DNA from: Octopus sinensis
Taxonomy: Eukaryota
DNA length: 64,000 nucleotides
Direction of reading: 5' to 3'
Assembly: GCF_006345805.1 (NCBI RefSeq)
Contig: NC_043001.1
Span: 95,232,001 to 95,296,000 of the forward strand
Shown: piece after piece, positions 1 to 14,634 of the stretch
Layout of the letters: the number at the start of each line of letters is the position of its first letter
Position numbering within the stretch: the stretch's first letter is position 1
Notes under the pieces: generated by a model
Database searches by the model: none
What the model saw: only the letters and a program-made list of their open reading frames with translations
What the model was told of the DNA's origin: nothing
Made by a program: the position numbers and the translations under genes

Positions 1-380
1 TTATATTTATGAAAAATACAGAATAGGACTTTGGTTTCAGCATATATTTTAATTCAAGTTCACATACCCATCAATGTAACTACATCATCTCACTGCTTTA
101 GATTTTGAGTTTTTGTAAATTTATTTATCCTCTCCCCAAAAGATGAGCAATTACCTCTACCATCCCGAATAATAGCGATCAAAAATTACCACTCTTTGGA
201 TTCTTCTAACTCTTGACTCATTATATTCACAACATGGACTAAAGTCTTCCTAAGAAAAGACGAAATTGCAATAATGTCCATGGCAGGATTAGCGAAACCG
301 CTTGATAATCACTTATTAAATATATTATGAAATATATTGAAACTATGTCAAGTGTGTGTATTTGTATATTTTCCTTCTTT

Positions 381-455
<75 letters not shown>

Positions 456-459
456 ATAT

Positions 460-699
460 TGGTAAAACGGTAAGATAACAAAAAAGAAGAATATTATGTG
501 AATAGAGGAAATTTATCTATACAATAATATGTTACATTACTCAATATTCAAGATAAAACTCTGAGTTTCAGATGCCGAAGTGGGAATCCATGACATCTCT
601 TCGGTTATCTGGCTATTTGAAAACGCTATGAAAAAATACCGGCATCTGAAACTCAAAGTTTTATCTTGACTATTGAGTAATGTAGCATATTATTGTATA
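460..699. mobile_element. Palindromic Penelope-like terminus element between (TA)n tracts
   Basis: 60-bp inverted arms 518-577 and 640-699 (3 mismatches) with a 62-bp spacer; (TA)n on both flanks; hammerhead-like fold on the minus strand. Confidence 0.7.
552..609 (-). ncRNA. Degenerate type I hammerhead-like motif (CCGAAGA core)
   Basis: Minus strand reads GATAA-CCGAAGA-GATG...CATC-t-GAAA-CTCAGAG-TT-TTATC: stem I GATAA/TTATC, stem II GATG/CATC, near-palindromic stem III. Confidence 0.5.
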
Positions 700-1257
700 T
701 ATATATATATATCTATATATATATATATATTGCATTACAGCTCACCACGTGCGGAAAATCGAAATTCTCTTCCTCTCTTTTTCTTACGACATAGCTAGAT
801 AGTTGAATGATATTCCTTGCAAGAAGATTCATAGAGTAACCTACTTTGTGTAAGCTTTCTAGAAGCATCTGTAACTATCTGTAACTCGTAGTCTGTTGTA
901 TTTCAATATATTTTTGCTGAACTGTACATAAGGTTTCTTTCGGGTGAACCTTTCTGTGTATAGTTGTGTGAAATGTGTTTTGAAATACGACAGAGACTAA
1001 GGAGTTCCAGATATTTGCATTTTGCCTTTTGCAAGTGTTAATAACGAAATCATGATGCATAGGTAATCTTTGTATTTTGTATATTTTCATTTAGCTTATT
1101 TTTATATTCTGGTGTTTGCTGAGATTTTTTTTCTTGATAATACACTCTTCGTGGTAAGGCGATATGACGTCTATCTTTAGCATATAGGAATCCACTTTAG
1201 TGGTTATTCCTTTTATTAATTATATATATATAATATATATACATACATATACATATA

Positions 1258-1292
<35 letters not shown>

Positions 1293-1297
1293 GTATG

Positions 1298-1348
<51 letters not shown>

Positions 1349-3112
1349 CATATGTATGTATATGTATATATATGTAATGTAACCTGTAGAACATGAAACA
1401 TTCTATACATGTTGGTTTAAATATCAGTTGATAACGTAACACCCAATAAGATGGCGGATCTCATGTTTCTTAAAATGATGCTTTGTTTTAGTGAAATATT
1501 TCACATATTTTCAAGGATGTAAGGTGTGGAATTGTGGGACTGTTAAAATATATGCTGTTAAAAAATATTTTGCTGTTATTTGTATGGGAACTAAGTTTAT
1601 CTTAAAGCAGTACTGTTATAATTCCACCAGCTCATTAATGCGGCAATAGTTTGATGATTCGGATCATTTTCTCCGTCATCAGTTTAGTACCTTGTGATTG
1701 TTGATAATGGTTTTATCTAGTACTGTCGTTGGTGTTATTTCTTATATTACTGCATTTCTTTTCCTTGTGTTTTTCGGAGTTGTAGTCGATGTTTTCTTTA
1801 TTTTCTTCCGGACCGCCTCTTACAAAATACGAAAATAATACACGCGCTCTCGGCATGTTTACCTCATCTTATATTTGGCATTCTGTACCTATAATTAAAT
1901 TATCCAAAGCGTCATGTTACGTCATGGGGTAGTGTATGAATTTGACATTGAATTCCGTCAAACCTTACTGAAGGAAGAGAACATTGCACTGTCTCTATCT
2001 TTGAATAGAATTCATAATATTTTTAGTTCTCTTGAGGCCTATAATTTCAATTCATATTTACCGACCTGCACTTTGGAGATTGACACATCCGAGTATAAAA
2101 CTGGCGAGTAAAAGCTTTTGGAAGACATTTCTGTAATAAAATTACGAAATATTTCATTTTGTTTCATAATACAACTGATTAATGTATTAATATAGCATTA
2201 ACGTGTCAACTTGAATTATTAATTTTATTCTGCGGTATTTCCATCATTATCATCTGTTAATTTCTTCACAGATTATGACAAAGACGTTGCGTGTGTGATG
2301 TGAGAAGCGCCTCAGTATCTCGATGACAGCGTTTATTACATTAAAACATTAGCTGAACAGTTTTGTTTTCTAACATGCCAGTTTCTTTTACTTCCTATTA
2401 CTCTTTTACAATTCCCAGTATTTATATTGCTGTTGAGTGCGTGCAGTAAAATTCTTAACATGTGTAATTGGAAGCTCAACTTTTTTCTTTTATATTGCAT
2501 TTATTTATACAAACACCATTAATTCATCCACAATCCGCCCAATATTGGAGTTTATTACCTAAAGAAAACAGAAATAATTTTATCTTAACTAAATTTAGAT
2601 TTCATTTTAGTTTCTCAGAAATAAATGTTTTATTTACATTTTTGAATTATTTTCGTATATGTGTTTTGCTAATCCAGTCAAGTATAGCATTCTAGAATGC
2701 ATCATCAATCCAATTAACAATTTAAAACATGCAATAGATTTACAGAATCTGTATAATATGTATGATCGTTAAGATTTGAACAATGATGTGTTTGTACACA
2801 TATGGACAGAATTAAACTGGTGCGAAATACACTAGTTTATATTGACAAAATCTTAGTAAATATAAAAGAGCAAATGGTATATTTAGAGAGACAGTTTAGG
2901 AATACGACGTTCTTTGAGGGCTTCGCATACTTTATTTCTTTACAGAAACGTGCTGGAAATACGTGATTGGTACTAATGTGTGGAATATAGATTCGTTGTA
3001 AGTTTTACGTTTATCGCATATTCAGAATACAAAGTATATTTCATTACTGCCGCAAACAGAAATTAATGAATCCACAAGTTTTTGCATGTATATGTAGTAG
3101 TTACAAGTGTGA

Positions 3113-4278
<1,166 letters not shown>

Positions 4279-4294
4279 ATTTATGTAAACATGT

Positions 4295-4332
<38 letters not shown>

Positions 4333-4854
4333 TGATAGATATGCGGTGTATCTGCGGATGTGGTTTGCTTTGAAGCGTATGTGTAAAATTTTGCCGTTTA
4401 AACTACGAAACAATTATGTACATATGTACATATATAGGCAGATAAACATGCATAGAATGTAAGCAGAATTACACAGATACACATACACACTCCAATAGGC
4501 ACACACAAACGGGCACACTTCACACACACACATACACACGCACGTACACACACAAACACATATATATGTATATATATATGCGTGTAAGAGTGTAGATGAG
4601 TATAAAGGAGAGATTGTGTCTGTGTATGACCACCCTCTGAATACAGACATTACAGACACACACAATTCCTCATGCACAGAATTCCACACGCACACATTCA
4701 CACATCAAAGCCACCAGCCGCTATCCAGAAACACACGTACAGTCTCACATAAAAACGCGTGAGCTCCTTCGTCTTGGGATCCCCAATACTTTATTATCTC
4801 CCCTTTTTCATAGTTCTCCTTTTTCCAGACAAACTTTCTCCACCTAACCAACAT

Positions 4855-4896
4855 GGTTAACCGCTAGCACAAAAGTGTTTTTATTTTCTCTCTCTC

Positions 4897-4942
<46 letters not shown>

Positions 4943-5085
4943 TTATTCTATTTTATTCTCACTTGCAAGCGTTCTTTTCTGTTGAAGAGCGTAGGCTCGA
5001 AATATAAAAGACTTTCTCACCTTCCCAAGCAGTAATATAATGCAACTGTTTATTACTTATGCAACTGTCGTCGCATTTTCTTTTT
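4855..5085 (+). mobile_element. Penelope-like terminal repeat, family H-var, copy 1
   Basis: Shares GCTAGC...TTCTGTTGAAGAGCGTAGGCTCGAAA...AAAGACTTT with the copies at ~12.9 kb and ~39.1 kb. Confidence 0.6.
4973..5011 (+). ncRNA. Atypical minimal hammerhead-like motif
   Basis: TCTTTT-CTGTTGAA-GAGC(GTAG)GCTC-GAAA-TAT-A-AAAGA. Confidence 0.4.
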
Positions 5086-5163
5086 CTGTATATCTATCTA
5101 TCTACTTATATACATATATACATATACACACACACACATATATATATATATATAATCAATATG

Positions 5164-5251
5164 TCGGTACAATTGTTTCGTATGAAGACCACCTTTATTA
5201 AGGCTGCAAATATTGCGGCAAATACAAGTGACCCGTACTCATCAGCCGAAA
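5164..5251 (-). ncRNA. Type I hammerhead ribozyme, intact core
   Basis: Minus strand: TCGG-CTGATGA(5245-5239)-GTA..TAC-GAAA-C-AATT-G-TA^CCGA; GUA cleavage triplet. Confidence 0.75.
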
Positions 5252-5350
5252 AAAACATCTGAGTTCTCAAAGCATCTAACGGGATGAGGTTACAGTCTGT
5301 TACAGGACTGTAACCTCACCCCTTAGATGTTTTGAGAACTCAGATGTTTT

Positions 5351-5439
5351 TTTCGGCTGATGAGTACGGGTCACTTGTATTTGCTGCAATATTTGCAGCC
5401 TTTATAAAGGTGGTAGTCGTACGAACAATTGTACCGAAA
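5351..5439 (+). ncRNA. Type I hammerhead ribozyme with one A lost from GAAA
   Basis: TTTCGG-CTGATGA(5357-5363)-GTACG...CGTAC-GAA-C-AATT-G-TA^CCGAAA; stems I and II are perfect. Confidence 0.7.
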
Positions 5440-5652
5440 TATTGATCCATTTTTGTTGCTTTTTTCTTCTTTATAATCACCCCGCATTATCTTATGGTTA
5501 ATACCATAGAAATTTCTGGTGCATCTAAGTTAAGTACCGCATTCATGTGAATTCAACAGAACTCACTTGAATCTTAATTGCTTTTACTTTATATATATAT
5601 ATATTATATATATATATATGCATGCATGTATGTATGTATGTATGTATGTATG

Positions 5653-5684
<32 letters not shown>

Positions 5685-5982
5685 TGTATGTATGTATGTA
5701 TATATGAACAGCTGCAGCCTCGTCCCAATGTTTTCTTTAGTAATTACTTGTCTAGAAATATATTTGTATATTTGTATACGTAATCGTACGACAATCCATG
5801 CCAAAATGGGCTCTATGGTAGGAGGAACATATGAAACAAGTAGTTTTGAAAGAATCAGGTATGTACCTTCTTCAGATGTTTGATCTGCAACAATATGTTC
5901 CCTACATGTATATCCATCTATTGAGCCTGGTCGCATACATTTTAAGATTGTCATGTAATAATATTCATTAGAATTTGAAGGC

Positions 5983-6027
<45 letters not shown>

Positions 6028-6075
6028 ATAATATATATATTATATATATATATATAATATAATATATATATATAT

Positions 6076-6109
<34 letters not shown>

Positions 6110-6169
6110 TATATACGTATATATACGTATATATATATACACACATATATAGATATATAAATATATATA

Positions 6170-6205
<36 letters not shown>

Positions 6206-6579
6206 CATATATATATGCATATATATATATACATACATACATATAAACATACATACACATACAACACGTATATTTAAATACGCACACATGCATACATATA
6301 TACATACAGACAGACACATGTGTGTTCATGTGGTCGCTAAAACATTGCACAATCTGAGTAATGTTTATTCCCAAATGTTTTGAAGATTTATGCTTTGAAG
6401 ATAATAGACTGATATATTTCATATGTTTGACCGCTATTATTAGAGTAACTAATGAGTAGCTTTGGAGTAAGAGCTTCCCCGAGGAAATTAGTAACGTCTC
6501 TGCAATAATCCAATACGCATATGTGATAGTATTAATGTTGTGGGTGTTCAACTATCCTGTAGTCTTTGATCTCACAAAG

Positions 6580-6618
6580 CATATTATCTATCTGTCTGTC
6601 TGTCTATCTATCTATCTA

Positions 6619-6681
<63 letters not shown>

Positions 6682-6930
6682 ATATATATATATATAGATA
6701 TATATATATATATATATATCTATATATATATATATAACTATATATCTATCTATCTATATCTATCTATCTATATCTATCTATCTATATCTATCTATCTATA
6801 TCTATCTATCTATATCTATCTATATATATATATACATCTATCTAACTATCTATCTATCCACCTATCTATCATCTGTCTATCACCTATCTATCCACTTACC
6901 TATCACCTATCTGTCATCTATCTATCTATC
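6580..6930. repeat. (CTAT)n/(TA)n compound microsatellite
   Basis: Direct reading of the sequence. Confidence 0.95.
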
Positions 6931-7055
6931 TACTCACACGATGCACATGTGTGTGTGTGTGAATGAATTAATATATCAATATATACGCAGTTTTATATAT
7001 TTATGCAATCATATCCGTATATATATATATATATATTATATATAAATATACAAAC

Positions 7056-7093
<38 letters not shown>

Positions 7094-7174
7094 TATATAT
7101 ATTATATATATATATATATAATATATATATATACATAGATATGTATGCAAATATAAACACATAGATTTATATAT

Positions 7175-7244
<70 letters not shown>

Positions 7245-7497
7245 CATATATTAAGGTATCATTTTGCAATGCATTATATCATAGTCTAGCATTAGATTTC
7301 ATGAGAATATACACTTCAGTAGATTGTAACATTAGGATTGATATAAACACAATAGTAATCATTTAAAAACACACCAAAAAATGATCATAAAGAACGTTTT
7401 CTATTTCTGTGCATACGCATATAGGTGTATGTGTGTGTACGTGTTAGTGTATGTGGGTGTGTCTCTTTTGAAGTATATGTGAGTACAAATATATGAA

Positions 7498-7564
<67 letters not shown>

Positions 7565-8869
7565 GTATGTATCATATACACTTGTATATACGTGACTACC
7601 GTATAATCGTATGCATATAAGTATATAATGTTGTATATGTGTATATGTGTATGCAAGTATATTTTGTTATAAGTGATAAAAATGAAACAATATAACTGGA
7701 ATTCTACTTTACCTTCGTAGTCCCTTTCATACAATTTCATTGTGATGAATTTATGTTTTGTGGAAATAATTACTTAATATATCGTTGAACAGTTCCATTG
7801 TCTAAGATTTGCTAAAAGTTTAGAAGAGATTAGCAATAGTATAACACTTACATATTTTGGTTTCGTCTTTATTGAAATATAGTGTTTAGAAGAAAAATTA
7901 TCGTTTGGAGACATTTATATTTAAGCACGTAGAAAATTGATGCATCTATCTGTGAAGCTAAGGAACATGTTTTAAAATCATTGCTAATCTCCAGCATGTA
8001 CATTATTTTTGTCGTGTCAATTTTATACAACAGCATTTGGTATTGAAAAATGCTTTGTCTGCAGGTTTCTCCTCACAGAAGGCATTAAGAAAGGAAATGA
8101 GTGCTGAATTATAACCTAAATAAAGCGATGCATATTATAAACACAACTAACCTCATAATCAAGTCTTTATACGAACTAATCATCATATACCTCCATTCAT
8201 TAGCTACTGTTGTATATCCTTTATGTTTAGATAATCTCTATATGCATAACTTAAACCTCTGAAATTACTCATTCATTTTCTACAAGTTGATATTTTTGAT
8301 GATCGAGCATCAACCGTGAACCATCTATGAACTGTTATCTCTATTAGTACCAAACACTACAATGCTGATACCATATGCACATTCATTGGGTCAGGTAATC
8401 ACTTTAATCCTAACCACATCACATGTAACCTGAAGTTATACAATATCCTCATGTACAAATCAATGATCCATTATATTTATGTTTAGCATATGAGCATATC
8501 TAAAAACGAGGCGGCTCTACATATCAGAAAGTCTGAATATCAGCATCCACAGCGTCGCACTGGCATTGCTATGCCTTAAAAATTCTCCATCTTATGAAGT
8601 TACAAGCATCCCATTTCGGATGGACTTCTTTAAGTTTGTGTAATATATATTTCCTTAAAGCAGGAGATCCGCTTAAATACTAATAAAGTGCAGGAGAGAT
8701 GTGCATCAAATCTACAGATTACATAGAAAGATTCCTCTTTAAATATTAGCGTTCTACTGGAATAATTTCTGTAGTATCTGACATAAACCAATATATATTC
8801 GAATATAGCGTGTGCGAATAAGTTTTCGTTACCACCACACCAAGAAAGGCATCATTGCTTGAGATCTCC

Positions 8870-9245
8870 CACAGGTCTACGCGAATTTGCAGAAAGTTAT
8901 GGGGAGAAGTACACGAGACACACACAATGTTTAAGTGTTTCAAAGATGGCCGAAAATATGTTGATATCGACGAACGTTTTTGGAGACCCGCAACCAGTAG
9001 AACTGAGAAAAACATCGCATTTGTAGGTGCAGCTGTGAGGGGAAACCATCGGAATATCCGTGAGCCATCAGAGAATGTGCAGATTAGTTACAGTTCAGTT
9101 CAGGTCATTATTACTGAAGATTTGGTTATGAGGCGTGCGTCTGCCAAGATTGTGACGCAAGTGTTTTTAGATTACCAAGAAGAAACTCGAGTTTCAGTTG
9201 CCCAATATATCCTTGATTGTATCAAGAACGTTGACATCTTTTTGA
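8870..9245 (+). pseudogene. Mariner transposase N-terminal (HTH) remnant
   Basis: FKDGRKYVDIDERFWRPATSRTEKNI...ISYSSVQVIITEDLVMRRASAKIV matches the mariner pattern FKxGRxSVEDDxRSGRP...WVP region. Confidence 0.8.
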
Positions 9246-9525
9246 AATCTTTGCGTAGGCATCTGAGCAAGTGTCAACAAGCTTTTGGCAAAATGTTATG
9301 TACATTATATGCTCCACATTCTTTGCCATGGTCCATGCGACGTTCACATGCTACACACGTTTCTTCGAAGTAGTGCTGTAAACAGCAGAACTGAGCTAGT
9401 ACGTTAAACCTTAATGGGCATGTACAATAGATTGCAATGTCAATCTGTTCCAACCGGCTTTAATCTGCGTGCTTTCGCTTTGTTTCTGTGGCAACAATCC
9501 CGATACTTATTGATCATCTCTCGTA
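9240..9525 (-). mobile_element. Mariner 5' end (TIR, UTR and first ~29 codons), inverted relative to the neighbouring fragment
   Basis: Minus strand starts TACGAGAGATGATCAATAAGTATC (mariner-type TIR); ATG at 9329 gives MAKNVEHIMYITFCQKLVDTCSDAYAKI. Confidence 0.7.
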
Positions 9526-9787
9526 CAAATACAAATTCTGGAGATATGAGGACCCAATGTAGATTTCTTTAACTACACAGCTTTGCATAGGATTACGGCC
9601 ATTCATCAATCTCCTTCGCGTAGTATTAACTTGAGTATAAGTATACATGAAATTCGGTGTATACTGATATTCAATGTATTTGTCTCCATTAATACTCATG
9701 CTCAGCAATATGTGATGCAAATAATGAAAAGCAGGCAATCGGATCAGCAGAATAACATGGTTAACACAACAGTTCAACATACACATA

Positions 9788-10180
9788 GGCGCAGGAGTGG
9801 CTGTGTGGTAAGTAGCGTGCTGCCCAACCACATGGTTCCGGGTTCAGTCCCACTGCGTGGCATCTTGGGCAAGTGTCTTCTGCTATAGCCCCGAGCCGAC
9901 CAATGCCTTGTGAGTGGATTTGGTTGACGGAAACTGAAAGAAGCCTGTCGTATATATGTATATATATATGTATGTGTGTGTGTGTTTGTCCCCCTAGCAT
10001 TGCTTGACAACCGATGCTGGTGTGTTTACGTCCCCGTCACTTAGCGGTTCGGCAAAAGAGACCGATTGAATAAGTACTGGGCTTACAAAGTATAAGTCCT
10101 GGGGTCGATTTGCTCGACTAAAGGCGGTGCTCCAGCATGGCCGCAGTCAAATGACTGAAACAAGTAAAAGAGTAAAAGAG
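9788..10180 (+). mobile_element. tRNA-derived SINE family A (CORE-like), full length
   Basis: A box TGGCTGTGTGG, B box GGTTCAGTCCC, CORE-like CTTGGGCAAGT, internal (TA)(TG) tract, (GTAAAAGA)n tail; 4 long copies in the window. Confidence 0.9.
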
Positions 10181-10999
10181 AGAGATACACATTTCACTCT
10201 TTATAATCACGATGCAGAATCTCTAATTCCCCACCTCTTTCTCTCCCTCTCCCGCTTACCCATCAGTGTTAATTACATTGGTTGAAAATATAACTTGATT
10301 ATGTTTTGATTTTTATTTATTTTCACTTTATATGTTGTTTTATTTTTACACTATCTCTTAATTTTTCTTTAGTTCTGGCTATTTCTTCTTGTTATTTTGC
10401 ATGCATTAAGGACGGAGAATCATTTAATTTTTAACGCTTCATCATAATTGATATCAAGGCTTTCATATATGGACAATATTTTTTCTATGATAGTAGAGCC
10501 ACAGTACATTTGAATGTAGTTCTCTTCAAGTGTAAATACAAGACTGAATGTCGTATGTATAGCTAGAGTGTAACTGTTTATGTAATCATGACAGCCTGAT
10601 GATCCAATGAGCAAGCTTTCTTTATTTGCATTCTTTGTGAATATAAAATTGTTTAATTATTAGCGTATATATATAAATGTAAACATTTAAGGATAATCTA
10701 TTTTATCATGAAATTGATATTACGTGAAAAACATTGCGAAACGGCCATGATATGATGGGAGCCCCATAGTTAAATATACACACAAGCACGCACAAACATG
10801 TAATTAATTTTCTTTTGGAAATGGGGAAGTCGAAGCAAATGAAGATATAGATAATAGCGTGCATTTAATAAACCTTTTGGATAGGATATGTTTAATGCAC
10901 TCCTTGCAACACGAACGTGCCTTTTAATGATTCAATATTCACAATTTTATATAAGTTATTTACATTTATCATATGCCTTTTGCCATAGAAATTGTGAAA

Positions 11000-11300
11000 T
11001 TGTAAACTACAACTTCACGCCTTCTCCAAAATGTGTCTGACAAACACGCGATTTTGTTCTTTGAAGCATTCTCTTAATAATGCCATACTTCCTTTTAATA
11101 TGCTTTTTGGCACCATTACCCTCGCTACCGAAAATAATTCTTTGTTATCCTTAACATTGATAAATATTCTTTGTATCCGGCTTTCTTTTCCTTTTGTGTG
11201 CTTCAAGCATTCAGATCCGTATATGAATATGATTTATACAGGGCTTCGTTGTCATTATATAGATTTGTTTCTCATGGTTCTGGCATATTTTCCGTTCCTG
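11000..11300 (-). mobile_element. Degenerate RTE-like LINE ORF2 C-terminal fragment
   Basis: IFIYGSECLKHTKGKESRIQRIF resembles the RTE motif LLYGSECWxLTKxxExKIQxF; contains stops. Confidence 0.45.
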
Positions 11301-12792
11301 ACATTACCAAAGCTTTGAGGTTTCTAATGTCGATATCCTATATTTTAAATCATTTATCATATTACGTTTGATGCTTCTCGCAAAAGAAACAGAAAAGCAA
11401 CTGGACACAAAATCCAACGACTATAATGTGTTGGATTAATTCTATATCCAATAACCTATGAAGCTTTCAAAAGAGTCGAGGTTGAAACTTTCCCTATATC
11501 GATTTCTGCATGTCATAGCACCCCAAGCAAATGTGTGGCTTCTTGGTATTGTCACCCAAAAGCAAGAAATTCTCAATGATCTTAAGTGAATTCACAAACA
11601 TAAATGCAATACTATGAATGCAAACATTGTGTATAATTAACCAAATGATCATATTTTTAATGATTTATGGATTGCTGTTGCAAATATCCCCAACATTCAA
11701 AAGTCCGGTGCGGAAACATAAATATCGGTGTCAAATATGCTTGGCGAAATATCAGGTGGTAGGCGTTTACATGCGGCAATAACACAAGAACACAATTATA
11801 ACACAATTTCAATATAATAATGTTATGGACTTGTGAGGATACCAGAAGACAATGTGTTTTAACAAGAAATGTAGCAAATGACAACTTATCATAACTGAGA
11901 TACACAAAGTGGAAGTGGCGCTTCTTAATTCTACGTAAACGACAATCAAACCGCATTCACAATAATATTCTTACACTGTGAAAGGAAACATAACTATGAA
12001 TACAAATGTGCTTATCAATACAATTAAACACGTATAATATATCTATTTCAATCGGCATTACTTGAAGCATTGCTGCGTCGATTATTTCAACTATATATAT
12101 TAAATTCTTCTAAGTCAAACACAGGTATGGGGAAGAAATGGTCTAGCAGCAATTCCATAAAAAGGAAATATTGAGCATTTAAATATTGCAGAGGATTCAG
12201 TTTCCTCGCTAACGCAGCTGAAATCAACAAGTTATTGTTAGCTCGTTTTCAGTATAACCTCTTGGATATATTCGTGCAGATTTCAGCATTCTACTCAGAT
12301 TACGCAAACATATTGATGCGTATTCTCAAAGCGTATATTAACACATTTCTGTGATTAATGCAATGAACACTCCCAAAAGAGCTATTGCCCTCTAGATGTT
12401 TCCATCTAAAAATAATACACTTTTGGTTTTAGATTTTGATAGCTATATTACTAGCGATGAGACTTGTACGATTCGTCTTGACTTCAGCCTTCGATACCGT
12501 AGTCAGTACAGTAAAATCTAAGGACAAGTAATAACATTTCAAAGTGGTACGCAGAGTAGAAGCTGTCATCTTGCAAACTTAATTTATGAGACCAATTATT
12601 CAGATAATATATGTTTCACAATCCATAATAGCAAACACAATTATCTGCTGTTTCTAAGAGCATGGTGAATTTATAAAAACCGATCTAACTAAATGGAGTT
12701 TATCGACATATAGAGGACAATTAGTTGTACTTATATATATACTTATATATATATATATCAGCCTCTCTTTCCCTTTTGTCAACATATATATA

Positions 12793-12849
<57 letters not shown>

Positions 12850-12859
<10 letters not shown>

Positions 12860-13029
12860 TTGCTAGCCACTACACAGTCTTTATTTTCTCTCCTTGTTTC
12901 TTTCTGTGTTCCTTTCTGTGGAAGAGCGTAGGCTCGAAACATTAAAGACTTTTTCACTTCCCGAGCGTTATACTAATACATCTGTTTGTTGTCTACACCA
13001 CCTGTCTTCGTCTTTTTTTTGTGAATTCT

Positions 13030-13035
<6 letters not shown>
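12850..13035 (+). mobile_element. Penelope-like terminal repeat, family H-var, copy 2
   Basis: CCTTT-CTGTGGAA-GAGC(GTAG)GCTC-GAAACATT-AAAGA at 12911-12948; tail runs into (TA)n. Confidence 0.6.
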
Positions 13036-13083
<48 letters not shown>

Positions 13084-13747
13084 CCTGACATTAGAGACTG
13101 CGGCTAATCTTTGGGCAATCGTTTCGACAACGCCATGTCATGTCAGCCGCAGTAAAACGGGGCTACCGATTCTAAGAATCGAAGCTATTTAAATAACTGA
13201 GCGTACAAAACTGTTTACCGATCCATGCTTATATCCCCCAACTGACAATCAAATGATTATCTTGCATGGTAAACAGCGATAGTTAAAACGATGTCTTACA
13301 TATATATTCTGAATGCCTTCCGGCAGATGCAGATATGGCTACGTGAATAGAGACATATACAAAGATACACTTCACGTATATATACAAATATACCAATATC
13401 TATTCAATTATATATCTAGACGGAATCTGTCGTGATATTTTAATTACCCATATCAAAAGCATGCCTTCTGATTTCTTGTTTATCATGTTGCTACTTTAGA
13501 AGTTATATTTGACTAAACAATGACAAAGAAAAACTGAAACGTTGAAAAATAGGTTTTTAAGTGTTTCAATTATAAAAGTTCATAGAAATCAATGCTAACT
13601 GTTTAACATATTGTCAATATTAGTTCTCTTTCATTGTATTTGAAATATGTTATCCACATACAATATCTCCACTAACATTTACTGTCTGTTATTTAAGTAT
13701 AAGGATTGGTTAAACATGATCACTTTTAGACTTTCGTTTAGGTATTT

Positions 13748-13960
13748 ATTTATTTACTACCCACAAGGGGCGAAACACAGAGGGGAGAAACAAAGACTGA
13801 CAAACGGATTAAGTCGATTATATCGATCCCAGTGCGCAACTGGTACTTAATTTATCGACGTCGAAAGGATGAAAGACAATTTGAACTCAGAACGTAACGG
13901 CAGACGAAATACGGCTACGCATTTCGCCCAGCGTGCTAACGTTTCTGCCAGGTCGCCGCC
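13748..13960 (-). mobile_element. SINE family B, tail type 2
   Basis: tRNA-like head GGCGGCGACCTGGCAGAAAC, B box GAGTTCAAAT, central TTTCATCCTTTCG..GTCGATAAATTAAGTACCAG. Confidence 0.85.
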
Positions 13961-14634
13961 TATACTTTCGTTTATGTATTATTTGCATACTTCTTTTGCC
14001 GAAATTTATATGGGCTTCCTCTTATATGTTTCAGGACTTACTTCATGTTTATATGGTAATAATCTGGACAAATATAACGATAAGCAATCCTATTTTCCCA
14101 ACAATTTCCCTACAATTGCATGAAATTCTGAGACTTTTGTCATTGAAATGTTTTAATTATATTAGATAATATTTCGTAATTACTCTTTCTTATTTGAGTT
14201 CTATGTTCTCTAATCAGTTCCCTAATTGACCATCTATGCCTAGCTATTTGATCTGCATCTCTGTTAATATTTATGAAATAAATTTGGTCACTGCATAAAT
14301 TCTTGTTATCAATAATTTTGCGTAAAGCAAATAATTCGTTCCTTGAAATAATTTGGCTTTAATAAGATATTGTTCATTTAATAAGACATTGTACGTGGTA
14401 TACGAAGGGTCGTAGTTTCTATCATAATGCCTTTTGTGTGGTTGGTTTTTAGTATCGTTAATATTTATCAATGTATTATAATACATGAAATTCACCTTCT
14501 GTAAATGTTTATATTTTATGTTCATAATTACACGGTTCATACAGTTATTCTCACTGAAAGAGTACAGTATATTTGTTGTTAACACAGCATTTTTGCTATC
14601 ACGGTATGTATGTTGTGTCGTTCGACCAAATGTA

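Larger units (their letters stand above)
5155..5446. mobile_element. Long palindrome carrying two divergent hammerheads
   Basis: Arms 5155-5297 and 5306-5446 (~142 bp) with an 8-nt loop; left flank is (TA)n. Confidence 0.85.

Noticed and set aside
2272-2303. Possible terminal exon xDYDKDVACVM* after TTTCTTCACAG
   Set aside because: The acceptor is plausible, but the peptide is not recognisable, is not a true CaaX, and has no linked upstream exon
5741-5858. Possible exon with ATG in good context (MGSMVGGTYETSSFERI) and donor CAG|GTATGT
   Set aside because: No homology recognised and no partner exons; needs RNA-seq
13085-13165. Minus-strand hairpin with CTGACAT...GACA/TGTC-GAAAC resembling a hammerhead
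   Set aside because: The core is mutated at two positions, there is no UH triplet, and stem I is out of register
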